DNA from: Phycisphaerae bacterium
Lineage (GTDB): Bacteria > Planctomycetota > Phycisphaerae > UBA1845 > Fen-1342
DNA: 64,000 nucleotides
Reading direction: 5' to 3'
Assembly: GCA_050115495.1 (NCBI GenBank)
Contig: JASFQK010000009.1
Coordinates: 64,001 to 128,000, forward strand
Position numbers and translations under genes: made by a program. Below, in pieces: positions 32,189 through 40,726 of the stretch. Position 1 is the stretch's first letter, and the number at the start of each line of letters is the position of its first letter. Below the pieces are notes generated by a model. That model searched no databases and had not been told where the DNA came from. It saw only the letters and a list, made by a program, of their open reading frames with translations.

Positions 32189-33124
32189 TCAGTGCAGGAC
32201 GCCGGCGACCTTGCCGTTGCGGAGGTAGTCGAAAACGATGACGTTGCCGTCGAGGTCGTACCAGAAGCGGCAACTGACGATCCGACCATCGGTGAGGTGG
32301 TAGTAGACGCGCCAGGCGTCGAGCGTGACGACGCCGCGCTGGAACTTGCGGGGGGCGGCATGGCCATCCATGTGTCCGATCATGGCCCGGCCCTGGTGGC
32401 GGTCGGTGAGCGTGTCCTCGTTGCCCCAGGCACTGTCCGTTACGTAGGCCAGGGCTTCGAGCTCGTGCTCCTCGAGGATCAGCCAGGGCGGCCCCTGCAA
32501 CGTGTTTCGCCGCCACTGCGTCCAACCGTCGGAGGCGCTGAAGCCGTCCGCCCACCACGTGGACTCGAACATCGACATCGTGGCCCCGCTCAGCAGGGAC
32601 GGCGCCGTGTAGCTGTACTTGGTCGGAATGGCCATCTGGCCGAAGGAGCTGCTGTCGACCACGTCGAGCTTGTCCTCGGGGCACTTGTACACAGCCTCGT
32701 TCTCGCCGACGTAGCGGAAGATGGTTCCCCGCCGGGGCACGTCATCGAGTTGACTGCCGGTCTCGCCGATCGTGCCGAGCCAGTCGAGCGAGCGATAACG
32801 GGTGTAATCGACCGGGTAGCCCGGGTGGTTGGGCGGCCGCTTGCCGGTGGTGACGTCGAAGTAGTCGTTGGTGGAGCCGGGGAGCTTGTCCTCATGATCG
32901 TCGGCGTAGGCCAGCGTGCCCATGCAGAGCTGGCGCACGTTGGACTGGCACACGACTGTGCGGGCCTGAGCCCGGGCGGCCCCGAGGGCGGGCAGCAAAA
33001 TCGACAGCAGCAGGGCAATAATCGCCACCACTACCAGCAATTCGATGAGAGTAAACCCCCGCGAGCCGACGGATTGCCGACTCCCCCGCTTCTGGCGAAT
33101 CGGTCCTGGGGACGAGTCTGTCAC
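32189..33124 (-). CDS. Planctomycete-type prepilin-like protein (N-terminal methylation motif, DUF1559-like, H-X9-DG)
   Basis: [26 protein letters not shown]...C.SN; C-terminal [14 protein letters not shown]. Confidence 0.9.
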   Translation of the reverse strand: MTDSSPGPIRQKRGSRQSVGSRGFTLIELLVVVAIIALLLSILLPALGAARAQARTVVCQSNVRQLCMGTLAYADDHEDKLPGSTNDYFDVTTGKRPPNHPGYPVDYTRYRSLDWLGTIGETGSQLDDVPRRGTIFRYVGENEAVYKCPEDKLDVVDSSSFGQMAIPTKYSYTAPSLLSGATMSMFESTWWADGFSASDGWTQWRRNTLQGPPWLILEEHELEALAYVTDSAWGNEDTLTDRHQGRAMIGHMDGHAAPRKFQRGVVTLDAWRVYYHLTDGRIVSCRFWYDLDGNVIVFDYLRNGKVAGVLH

Positions 33125-33316
33125 GTCACCGCCTGCCCTGGCACGAAGCCGCTACGGCTCGCCACCGGTCGGCCCGACCATTCGTTTGTACCAGAACAGC
33201 GTCCGGCACACAAGATCAAGTGGTGACGGAGGGCCGTGGCGGCCCTGCGGCGCGCGCGGGCCGGCTGGGACGGTGATTGCCGTCCTACGCCGGCCCGGCG
33301 CCCGCCCTGGGTCGGA

Positions 33317-33712
33317 CTACTTGACGGCGAAGATGCCCGTCTTCTCGTCGTAGACGTACGTCGTCCCGGTGGGCACGTACTGGTAGCCCCGCTTGCCGGT
33401 CTTCTTCCAGTTGGCGTCGGTGATGCCGCCCTCGATCACGTCGGCGAACAGCGGGTTCTTCTCGGAGGCCTCCCCGTTCGCAGCCGAGTCCAGCGCGGTG
33501 GGATACGTGTCCTGGCCCTGGGCCAACGAAGTCATGTGCACGAGCTTGATCCCGGTGCGGATCGCCGACAGGGTCGCCTGCTCGGCGGCGTCCTGGGCCT
33601 CGGTGCGCATGCTGGTGAACTTGGGAGTGACCACAGCGGCCAGGAGGCCGATGATCACGATGACCATGACCAGCTCGACCAGGGTGAATGCTCGGTAGTT
33701 CCGCCGTTTCAT
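33317..33712 (-). CDS. Type IV pilin, probable major pilin (MshA/GspG-like)
   Basis: MKRRNYRA|FTLVELVMVIVIIGLLAAVVTPKF; AAGGAG RBS. Confidence 0.88.
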   Translation of the reverse strand: MKRRNYRAFTLVELVMVIVIIGLLAAVVTPKFTSMRTEAQDAAEQATLSAIRTGIKLVHMTSLAQGQDTYPTALDSAANGEASEKNPLFADVIEGGITDANWKKTGKRGYQYVPTGTTYVYDEKTGIFAVK

Positions 33713-33741
33713 GTCGATGTTCTCCTTCTGGCAAGAGGGTA

Positions 33742-34248
33742 TTAGTCCGGAAGCTTGACCGTGTAAGTCCCTCCGGGTTCTCGGATCGTCACGGAAGTGT
33801 CGTCGATGGCGATCACGGTAACGCCGTCGGCGAGCACGTCGCCCAGGCCGACCGGTCGCCCGTTGAGCATGGCCAACGGGTTGTCGCCGGCGATGATGCC
33901 GGTCAGGGTATAGGCGCACGTCGTGGGGACTTCGCTGACCACAGGCTCCGTCGGAACCGTGTAGTCTTCGGCCGGGGACGCCGCGCGATAGAAAGGATCG
34001 GCCGGCCAGTCCGTCACCTGGGCCACGATCTCGGCGAGCGAGTCGCCGACGGGCGCCGCGTCGTCGGTACTGCAACCGTCGGCGGCAACGAGCGAGCCGA
34101 GCTCATCGTCGAGCGCCACGGCGGGGCCGGCCGGAGTGGCGCTGCTGGTGGCCGGCGGCCATTGCGTCAGGCCGTACCACGCGCCGAGGGCCACGACCAG
34201 CACCCCGAAAACGAGTTTGCGCCACTGCTCAGCTCTCATCGTCCTCAT
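33742..34248 (-). CDS. Pilus alignment protein (PilP/MshK/GspC-like)
   Basis: N-terminal TM, DPF motif, LTGII...AMLNG...GD.L..GVTVIAI; position in the operon. Confidence 0.65.
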   Translation of the reverse strand: MRTMRAEQWRKLVFGVLVVALGAWYGLTQWPPATSSATPAGPAVALDDELGSLVAADGCSTDDAAPVGDSLAEIVAQVTDWPADPFYRAASPAEDYTVPTEPVVSEVPTTCAYTLTGIIAGDNPLAMLNGRPVGLGDVLADGVTVIAIDDTSVTIREPGGTYTVKLPD

Positions 34249-34855
34249 CTTCGTAGAAGCCCGCCTCTTCGCGCAGGAGTTCGGCGAGCGCGCCTTCCGG
34301 TACGAAAGGAACCTGCAAATCGAGCGAAACCTCCACCTCGGGCCCGTCGCCGGTCCACGTCGCGCGGACGATGCGCAGCGGCAGGTCCAGCGACGCCAGG
34401 CGATCCAGCCGACCGCTCAAACCGGCGTACGTACCGCGGCAGACGATGGTCGCCTGCTCACAGGCCAGCACGCCCGCTTCGGCGTCGGCGGCGTACAGCA
34501 CTGGCTCGCCGAAGGTCAGCCGGGTCACGGTGACGCCGTCGCCCTGGAGCGTTTCGGCGAGGGTGTCGGACACGCGGTAGTGCTCGCGCCGCGGCAGCCA
34601 CAGGTTGGCCACCGAGTCGCGGTTCTGATCGGCCAGTTCGTTCAGCCGCCGGGTGTGACCCTGGAGCACGGCCAGTTCGTCGACAGAGGCGCTGTACGAG
34701 CGGGCGTCGCTGCTGAGCTCGCTGGTCAGATGCCGCACGGCGACGGCCTGGGGCACCCAGGTCCACATGAGGTGGGCGAGGGCGGCGGCCGGGGCGGCGA
34801 TGAACATCGCCAGCACGAGCATCGGGCGCAGTCTCAGCCAGTGGGTCACGTGCAT
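34229..34855 (-). CDS. PilO/MshJ-like inner-membrane protein
   Basis: TM, coiled coil, GTY..L...L..L pattern; position in the operon. Confidence 0.6.
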   Translation of the reverse strand: MHVTHWLRLRPMLVLAMFIAAPAAALAHLMWTWVPQAVAVRHLTSELSSDARSYSASVDELAVLQGHTRRLNELADQNRDSVANLWLPRREHYRVSDTLAETLQGDGVTVTRLTFGEPVLYAADAEAGVLACEQATIVCRGTYAGLSGRLDRLASLDLPLRIVRATWTGDGPEVEVSLDLQVPFVPEGALAELLREEAGFYEDEDDES

Positions 34856-34859
34856 ATCC

Positions 34860-36401
34860 TCAAGGCAGCGTGGCGTGGATCGCGATCGTCGCGGGTCCGT
34901 CGCGACCACTGCCGTCCACGTTGGTCACTTCGGCGCCGGTGCAGAACGCGGCGTCCGCCAGGTCGCGGGCCCAGCCGGCGGCCACGACTCCCGCCGCCGT
35001 CTCGCCGTGATATGCGGCCAGCAGGTCGATCGCCGGCGGCTCGGCGTCGGCGTCCAGGCTCGCCGACAGCAGGGTCACGTTGCCCGGCACGGTGGCGAAC
35101 ACAGCCCGAAAGAGGCCGATGGCGGGCAGCCGGCGTGGCAGGGCCTGCTGCAAGTGCGCGATGCGGCCCACCTCTACCAGCAGCGCATCGTGCGCGGCGC
35201 GGTTGGCGGCCAGTTCGTTCGCGAGTTCTGCTGCCCGGTTTTCCAGCGTGCTGGCGGTGCGTTCGAGCTGCGTGCGCTGCGCTTCGGCCTGGCGGGGCAC
35301 GGCGCTGTTGGCCAGGATGACCAGCATTGCGCAAGCCGCGGCCGCCAGGGCACGCCGCAAGCCGCGCTGCACGAAACGCTCCTCGGGTGGCCACAACTCC
35401 AGCGGGCCGTCGCCTGCGGGACGCGCCGTCCACATCGCCAGGCATTTCTGCTCGATGTCCTCGTCGGCGATCAGGGAGCGATCCAGGCCCAACTCGGCGA
35501 CGAGGTGGGCACTCAAACCGGGCACGGGTGGCGCACACAGCACGCTCAGCGCCGGCCGAACGTCGGCCTCGCCCCAGTGCCGGGTCATCGTCTGCCCGGT
35601 TTCAGCTTGCAGCTTCTGTAGCGCCGGCGCGATCAGCGGCCACAACTGGTCGGCCCGCACCGTGTCCAGCACGGTATCCGTGCGGTCCACGGGCACGCCG
35701 ACGTCGCGGACGAGCTGCTCGGCCTGCGGCGGCGACAGCGTCACCGGCCCATCCATGCTGAGGATCGGCCGCTGGTAGGCGGTCACGAAGTCGGCCCGCC
35801 CGAAGAGAATGTCGCGGCAGGCGACCAGGCGCCCGTCCTCGAAGAGCTGAATCGCCGCCGTCCGCTCGCCCAGCACGACCTGCATGGCCGGCCCGGAAGC
35901 AGCCGGCGCGTCGCACGCCGAGGTAAGCGCACGCACCGATTCCACGCGCAACCCGCTGCGTCGCAGGACGTAGAACAAGCCGCGCAGCAGGACGGCGTCC
36001 ACGCCGGCGGCGAGCACCTGCGTGCTGCCGCTGTCGGCGTCGTGACCCACCACCTGCTCGGCCAGGCATAGCTCGCGTCCCGCCGCGTAAGCCGTCAGCC
36101 GCGTGCGGACGGCCTTGGTCCGATGGCGCGCCGACATGGGCGGCATCGACAGCGGATGAACGACCGTCCCCGCGCCGGCGAAGTGCAGATGCGCCGGGCA
36201 GCCGGACAGCCCGTGCTCGCTCAGAAAGCGATCCAGCTCCGGCAGCCGCAACTGGCGCGGGAGCGCACCGACGTCGTACTCCACATGGCCGACGCCGAGC
36301 AGGCGCGCCTGTGGCGGCCGCCCTTCGACGGCGTATAGCGTTGCCGCCGCGCTGTCGGCGACGATCACCAGCGCACGTTTTCCTGCACCCTGCTCGGGCA
36401 T
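34860..36401 (-). CDS. PilM-PilN (MshI/GspL-like) fusion
   Basis: Actin-like cytoplasmic region (VLAAGV...GLRVESV...VVLGERTAAIQLFEDG.L..CR.I.FG), LELWPPE plus TM, coiled coil and ferredoxin-like tail. Confidence 0.65.
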   Translation of the reverse strand: MPEQGAGKRALVIVADSAAATLYAVEGRPPQARLLGVGHVEYDVGALPRQLRLPELDRFLSEHGLSGCPAHLHFAGAGTVVHPLSMPPMSARHRTKAVRTRLTAYAAGRELCLAEQVVGHDADSGSTQVLAAGVDAVLLRGLFYVLRRSGLRVESVRALTSACDAPAASGPAMQVVLGERTAAIQLFEDGRLVACRDILFGRADFVTAYQRPILSMDGPVTLSPPQAEQLVRDVGVPVDRTDTVLDTVRADQLWPLIAPALQKLQAETGQTMTRHWGEADVRPALSVLCAPPVPGLSAHLVAELGLDRSLIADEDIEQKCLAMWTARPAGDGPLELWPPEERFVQRGLRRALAAAACAMLVILANSAVPRQAEAQRTQLERTASTLENRAAELANELAANRAAHDALLVEVGRIAHLQQALPRRLPAIGLFRAVFATVPGNVTLLSASLDADAEPPAIDLLAAYHGETAAGVVAAGWARDLADAAFCTGAEVTNVDGSGRDGPATIAIHATLP

Positions 36402-36610
36402 AACCCCTGGCCTGCCAGCCGGGCGTTCAATCCGGACAACCGATCCGGAGAACGACCGCGCGGACACTTCTCCGCGAGGTTCATCGACGGGGCAGGCAGG
36501 CGTCGTGAGGGGTTGAAGGGAGCGGTGGGTCGCCGCGGCGAAGGCGGTCGGCGAAACATATCTTATCGCCACCCGCAGGCGGGTGGCGGTCGGTCCGGGC
36601 CCATAAGGAC

Positions 36611-37102
36611 TCAGGGGCCGAAGGGCGATGCCGGGCCCGGCCGGATCGACGGACCGGGCGGCGTGGGGCTGACGACCTTGGCGGTAATGCAGCTCCAACG
36701 CTCCTGGTAGACGCCGTCGCACACGCCCAGCGCCCGCAGCCGCAACTCGTACGGCCGCGGCCAGACCTCTACGGTGAACGTGGCGCCGGTCAGCTCGCCG
36801 GTGAACTGAAGCAACGGGTCGGACCCGGCCAGCCAGGTGTCCCCTTCCTTTTCGGTCACCAGGGCCAGGGCTTCCTGGAGCTTCGTGTCATCCAGGATCG
36901 TGCGCGTGGCCAGTTGCAGCGCTCCGAGCGCGGCGGCGTCGGCGCGCGCCCGCCGAACGGCGGCGGCGTCCACCGCCAGGTCCGCGGCGCGCATGCTGAG
37001 CACGGCGGATGACATTGTGGCCACGACCAGTAGCAGGACGACGGCGGTGACCAACGTGGCCCCCCGCCGCTGATAGTGGTTTGTTCTGCGTGTCATTTCC
37101 AC
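36611..37102 (-). CDS. Minor pilin, PilX/MshP-like
   Basis: QRRG|ATLVTAVVLLLVV without Glu5; RA..AA..AL. Confidence 0.65.
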   Translation of the reverse strand: MEMTRRTNHYQRRGATLVTAVVLLLVVATMSSAVLSMRAADLAVDAAAVRRARADAAALGALQLATRTILDDTKLQEALALVTEKEGDTWLAGSDPLLQFTGELTGATFTVEVWPRPYELRLRALGVCDGVYQERWSCITAKVVSPTPPGPSIRPGPASPFGP

Positions 37103-37722
37103 GGTTTCACGCTCAGTTGGATCTGCTGTTCGTAATTGGAGCGACGATAGATCTTGGGCGGCTTCGTGCTGGTCAGGGCCAGCGTCCGGCCGGCAAAAGT
37201 GCAGTCGGTCGGCACGGCGAGGCCCACGTACGTCTGGCCGTCGGGATCGCGCCAGTGATAGCGCAGGCCGACGAGCTGGTCGAATTGCGTTTTCTTCAGC
37301 GCGTTTACCGACGTGCCGTCGTCCAGCAGGTACGTGAAGGCAAGCTTGTGTACGGGCTCGGCCACCACCGCCCCCGCGTTGAGCGCCTTCGTAGCCTTCG
37401 TCGCCTGCTTGGTCATGCCGCCCACGTCGCTCTGGAGCAACTGCTCACCGGACGCGTACAGCTCCCATGAACCGATCGACAGCCCGGTCGACGCGGCCTT
37501 GTTGAGCGTACCGTAACCCTTCGGCGGATCGGCCTCGCGCCACAGCGACCCGGTGAGCTGCGCGATGCGCAACCCGCCGAGGTTCTGCGTCGTGAAGCAC
37601 TGCAAGTCGGCCTCCGACTCCTGGTACGCCACGACGACCTGCGTCACCGGGATCAGCGCTCCGGCACAGATGATGCCGGCCAGCGAGATCGCCAGGATCA
37701 TTTCCACGAGACTAGCGCTCAT
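37093..37722 (-). CDS. Minor pilin, PilW/MshO-like
   Basis: SLVEMILAISLAGII pilin helix. Confidence 0.6.
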   Translation of the reverse strand: MSASLVEMILAISLAGIICAGALIPVTQVVVAYQESEADLQCFTTQNLGGLRIAQLTGSLWREADPPKGYGTLNKAASTGLSIGSWELYASGEQLLQSDVGGMTKQATKATKALNAGAVVAEPVHKLAFTYLLDDGTSVNALKKTQFDQLVGLRYHWRDPDGQTYVGLAVPTDCTFAGRTLALTSTKPPKIYRRSNYEQQIQLSVKPWK

Positions 37723-37737
37723 GTTCCGTCCCCATGG

Positions 37738-38154
37738 CTAAGTACCGGGCAGGTCCGCCACGAACGTCTCGACGCGCAGCGTGCTTCCGTCCGGCCCGGT
37801 AACGTCGACCCGCACACGCTTGATCCCCGAGCCCGGCTGCACCGTCAGGTAGTCGGCCGCCGATACCTCGCGTACGGTCGTCACCCGCTGATAGCCGGCC
37901 AGTCCGCCGGCGTCCTTCTCGTCCGGGTAGTTGGCGGCGATCACGTGGGCGTAGCCACGCTTGGGGCTGGCCCGGTCGGCGTGCACCTCGTTCACCCGCT
38001 CGCCGGCGAGCTGCACGAGGTTCATGTTGATCATGGCCGCGCCCTGGGCGTGGGCCGCCGTCCCCAGTTGGATCATCAGTGGCGGTACGGCCAGGCCGAG
38101 AATGACGATGGCCAGGACGACCTCGATCAGCGACATGGCGCGGCGTCGTTTCAT
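37738..38154 (-). CDS. Minor pilin, PilV/MshD-like
   Basis: MKRRRA|MSLIEVVLAIVILGL; C-terminal KRVRVDV. Confidence 0.75.
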   Translation of the reverse strand: MKRRRAMSLIEVVLAIVILGLAVPPLMIQLGTAAHAQGAAMINMNLVQLAGERVNEVHADRASPKRGYAHVIAANYPDEKDAGGLAGYQRVTTVREVSAADYLTVQPGSGIKRVRVDVTGPDGSTLRVETFVADLPGT

Positions 38155-38660
38155 GGCCAGATAATCTCGCTGACGCCCGAGCCGCCGCGAACGACGATCT
38201 CCACGCCGCCGGCGAAGCGCAGACGGGCGTCTTTGGTCAGAGGTTTTCCATCAGGCTGAAGCGGGCAGCCGTCGGCCCCGAAACCGAGGGCGCTGCCGGC
38301 CAGCCCGGAGACGTCGTCGAGGTGGGTCCCGCCGCCGAGGTCCGTGATCGACACCTGCCAGGGCGCGTCGCTCAGGGGATGTGTCAGCGGCTTGGCGGCG
38401 ATCTTGCCGCTGGCCGGCTGTGGTTCCTGCTCGAGCGTGTACTGCTGGCCGGCGACGTCGAACGTGCAGAGCGTGCGGCAGGAGGAGAGCATCGCCGTCG
38501 CCCGGGCGTACGCCAGGTCGGCGCCGATGCGGCGAACGGCCGTGCTCGCCCGCCAGCTCTGCACGCCGACCAGCCCGCTGATGGCGACCGTGGCCAGGAC
38601 CAGGGCGATGGACATCGTCAGGACGAGCTCGACCATCGTCAGGGCGCGGCGCGCTTTCAT
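38151..38660 (-). CDS. Minor pilin, FimT/GspH/MshC-like
   Basis: MKARRA|LTMVELVLTMSI; DLAYARATA; F..DG.P. Confidence 0.75.
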   Translation of the reverse strand: MKARRALTMVELVLTMSIALVLATVAISGLVGVQSWRASTAVRRIGADLAYARATAMLSSCRTLCTFDVAGQQYTLEQEPQPASGKIAAKPLTHPLSDAPWQVSITDLGGGTHLDDVSGLAGSALGFGADGCPLQPDGKPLTKDARLRFAGGVEIVVRGGSGVSEIIWP

Positions 38661-39487
38661 GCCGAGGCTCCTGCCGGGATCGGCGCCGGGTTGCCGCAGG
38701 CCAGGCGCTCGGCGGCGCACTGAATGGCCGACGCGTCCACCTGCGCTGCGAGAGACAAGCTGGCCACCTGCAACGACAGGTGAGCCAGGCGGTTGACCAG
38801 CCGTGGCACGCCGCCTGACCACTCGGTGATGGCGGTCATCGCCTCGGCGGTGAAGACGTCGCCTTTGGGGTGCCCCGCGCTGCACAGGCGGTGCTGGAGG
38901 TAGTCCGGCACCTGGTCGGCGGCGAGCGGGCCGAGCGTCGCGCTGGCCAGCAGGCGCTGCTGTAGCCACGGCGGCCAGACCAGCTCGGACGCGGGCGCTT
39001 CGGCCGCCAGCAGCATGCAGACCCGCGCGCTCTCGACGTCCGCGTTCAACAGCCAACGCAGGCCGTCCAGATCCTCCCGGCTCGGGCTAGCCGGCCAGTC
39101 GTCCATCATGATGACGACGAAGCGGTTCTGCTCTTCGGCCTCGTTGACGGCCTGGAGAATGACGTCCATGGCCACCGCCCCATCGGCCGGTACCGTCTGC
39201 GTCAGGTGATACGCCACGCGGCGGAGCAGGTCGACGCCCGTGCTGGACAGCTCGGGCACGAAGACCACCTGGTAACGCTCGCGGGGCAACTGCCGGCGGA
39301 GCGTCCGGAACAGAAGCGTCTTGCCACAACCGGTGTCGCCGGTGAGCAGCACCGGCTCGCCGCTGGCGCAGGCGGCGTACGTCATGGCCGCCAGGGCCTG
39401 CTCGTGGCGCGGGGCGGGGAAGTACGAGCGTGAGTCCGGTACTGCATCGAACGGGCTGCGTTGGAGGTGCCAGTAATCGAGATACAC
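38657..39487 (-). CDS. ExeA/MshM-family AAA ATPase
   Basis: YLDYWHLQRSPF..PD, GDTGCGKT, YLQHRL, SGGVPRLVN. Walker B reads IMMDDW. Confidence 0.88.
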   Translation of the reverse strand: MYLDYWHLQRSPFDAVPDSRSYFPAPRHEQALAAMTYAACASGEPVLLTGDTGCGKTLLFRTLRRQLPRERYQVVFVPELSSTGVDLLRRVAYHLTQTVPADGAVAMDVILQAVNEAEEQNRFVVIMMDDWPASPSREDLDGLRWLLNADVESARVCMLLAAEAPASELVWPPWLQQRLLASATLGPLAADQVPDYLQHRLCSAGHPKGDVFTAEAMTAITEWSGGVPRLVNRLAHLSLQVASLSLAAQVDASAIQCAAERLACGNPAPIPAGASA

Positions 39488-39499
39488 GGTCGACCCTCG

Positions 39500-40726
39500 C
39501 TACGATTTGAGGTACATGGAGTTCATCTCCCACACGGGCAGGAAGATGGCCAGGGCCACCAGCAGCACGAACCCGCTCACGACCAACACCAGAGCCGGTT
39601 CGAGCGCCGTGGTCAGGATCTTGATGCGTACGCGCATCTCCTCCTCCAGGTGCGTCGCACAGGCACTCAGCATCTCGTCGATGCTGCCCGTGGCCTCCCC
39701 CACCGTCACCATGTGCTCGACCAGCTTGGGCAGCACGTGGCTGCCGGTCACCGTCGAGCTGATCGAGCTGCCGGCGGCGACGTTGCGGCGAATCTGCGTG
39801 GCCAGGCGCTGCACGCGTCCGGGCAGCAACGCATCCTCCACGATCCGCAACGTCTCCAGCAGTGGCAGACCGGCCCCCTCCAACAACGCGATCATCCGGC
39901 AGAACTGGATGACCGTGGATAGGTAGACAATCCGCCCGATCATCGGCACCCGGGCCAGCAGGCGGGCCAACAACGTCTTCGTGGTCGACGAGCGTCGCGT
40001 CGCGACGATCACCGCCAACAGCACGCCCGCCCCCACGCCCAGAAAAACGCCGTGCTGCGTCGTGAAATCGCTCGCCGCCAGCAGGATGCGCGTCGGCAGT
40101 GGCAGCCGCTCGCCCATGTTGGCGAACAGGCTCGTGAACTGCGGCACGACGAAGATGAGCATCGTCACGCAGGCCCCGATCAGCGTCATGATCACGATCG
40201 CCGGATAGGTCAGGGCGTTGATCAGCTCCCGGCGCAGGGCCGCCCGGCGTTCGAAATGCCGGATCAGTTCGTCCATGGCCTCGGGGTGTACGCCGACGGC
40301 CTCGCCCGCTCGAATCGTGCCGATGTAGAACGCGTCGAACGTCTTCGGATGCGCCGCCAGCGCCTCGGAAAGCGTCGCCCCACGCTGAATGTCGGCGGCC
40401 AGGCTATCGAGCAACCGACGGTAAGCTCCCGGGCCGCTCGCCGCCCGCAGGATGCCCAACGCGTCCAGCAACGTGATCCCGCTCTTGAGCATCACCTTGA
40501 GCTGCCGGGTGAACTCGAGCAACTGCGACAGACGCAGCCGGATGCGCGACGTCGCCGCCCGGCCGGCGGCCGCAGCTCGCTTGTCCTTGGCCCGGCGGAG
40601 TGTCAGCGGCGTGAGCGACTGCTGTTCGAGCCGCCGCAGAGCGACCGCTTCCGACTCTTCTTCGAGCACACCCTCGGTGACGCGACCGGTGAGGTCGGCG
40701 GCGCGGTACATGAAAGCCGGCATCAC
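39500..40726 (-). CDS. pilC: Type II secretion/type IV pilus platform protein (GspF/PilC/MshG)
   Basis: FTRQL.VML.SG, GEA.G, LTYP, LPLPTRIL, VGEATG, LEP, AIFLP. Confidence 0.92.
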   Translation of the reverse strand: MMPAFMYRAADLTGRVTEGVLEEESEAVALRRLEQQSLTPLTLRRAKDKRAAAAGRAATSRIRLRLSQLLEFTRQLKVMLKSGITLLDALGILRAASGPGAYRRLLDSLAADIQRGATLSEALAAHPKTFDAFYIGTIRAGEAVGVHPEAMDELIRHFERRAALRRELINALTYPAIVIMTLIGACVTMLIFVVPQFTSLFANMGERLPLPTRILLAASDFTTQHGVFLGVGAGVLLAVIVATRRSSTTKTLLARLLARVPMIGRIVYLSTVIQFCRMIALLEGAGLPLLETLRIVEDALLPGRVQRLATQIRRNVAAGSSISSTVTGSHVLPKLVEHMVTVGEATGSIDEMLSACATHLEEEMRVRIKILTTALEPALVLVVSGFVLLVALAIFLPVWEMNSMYLKS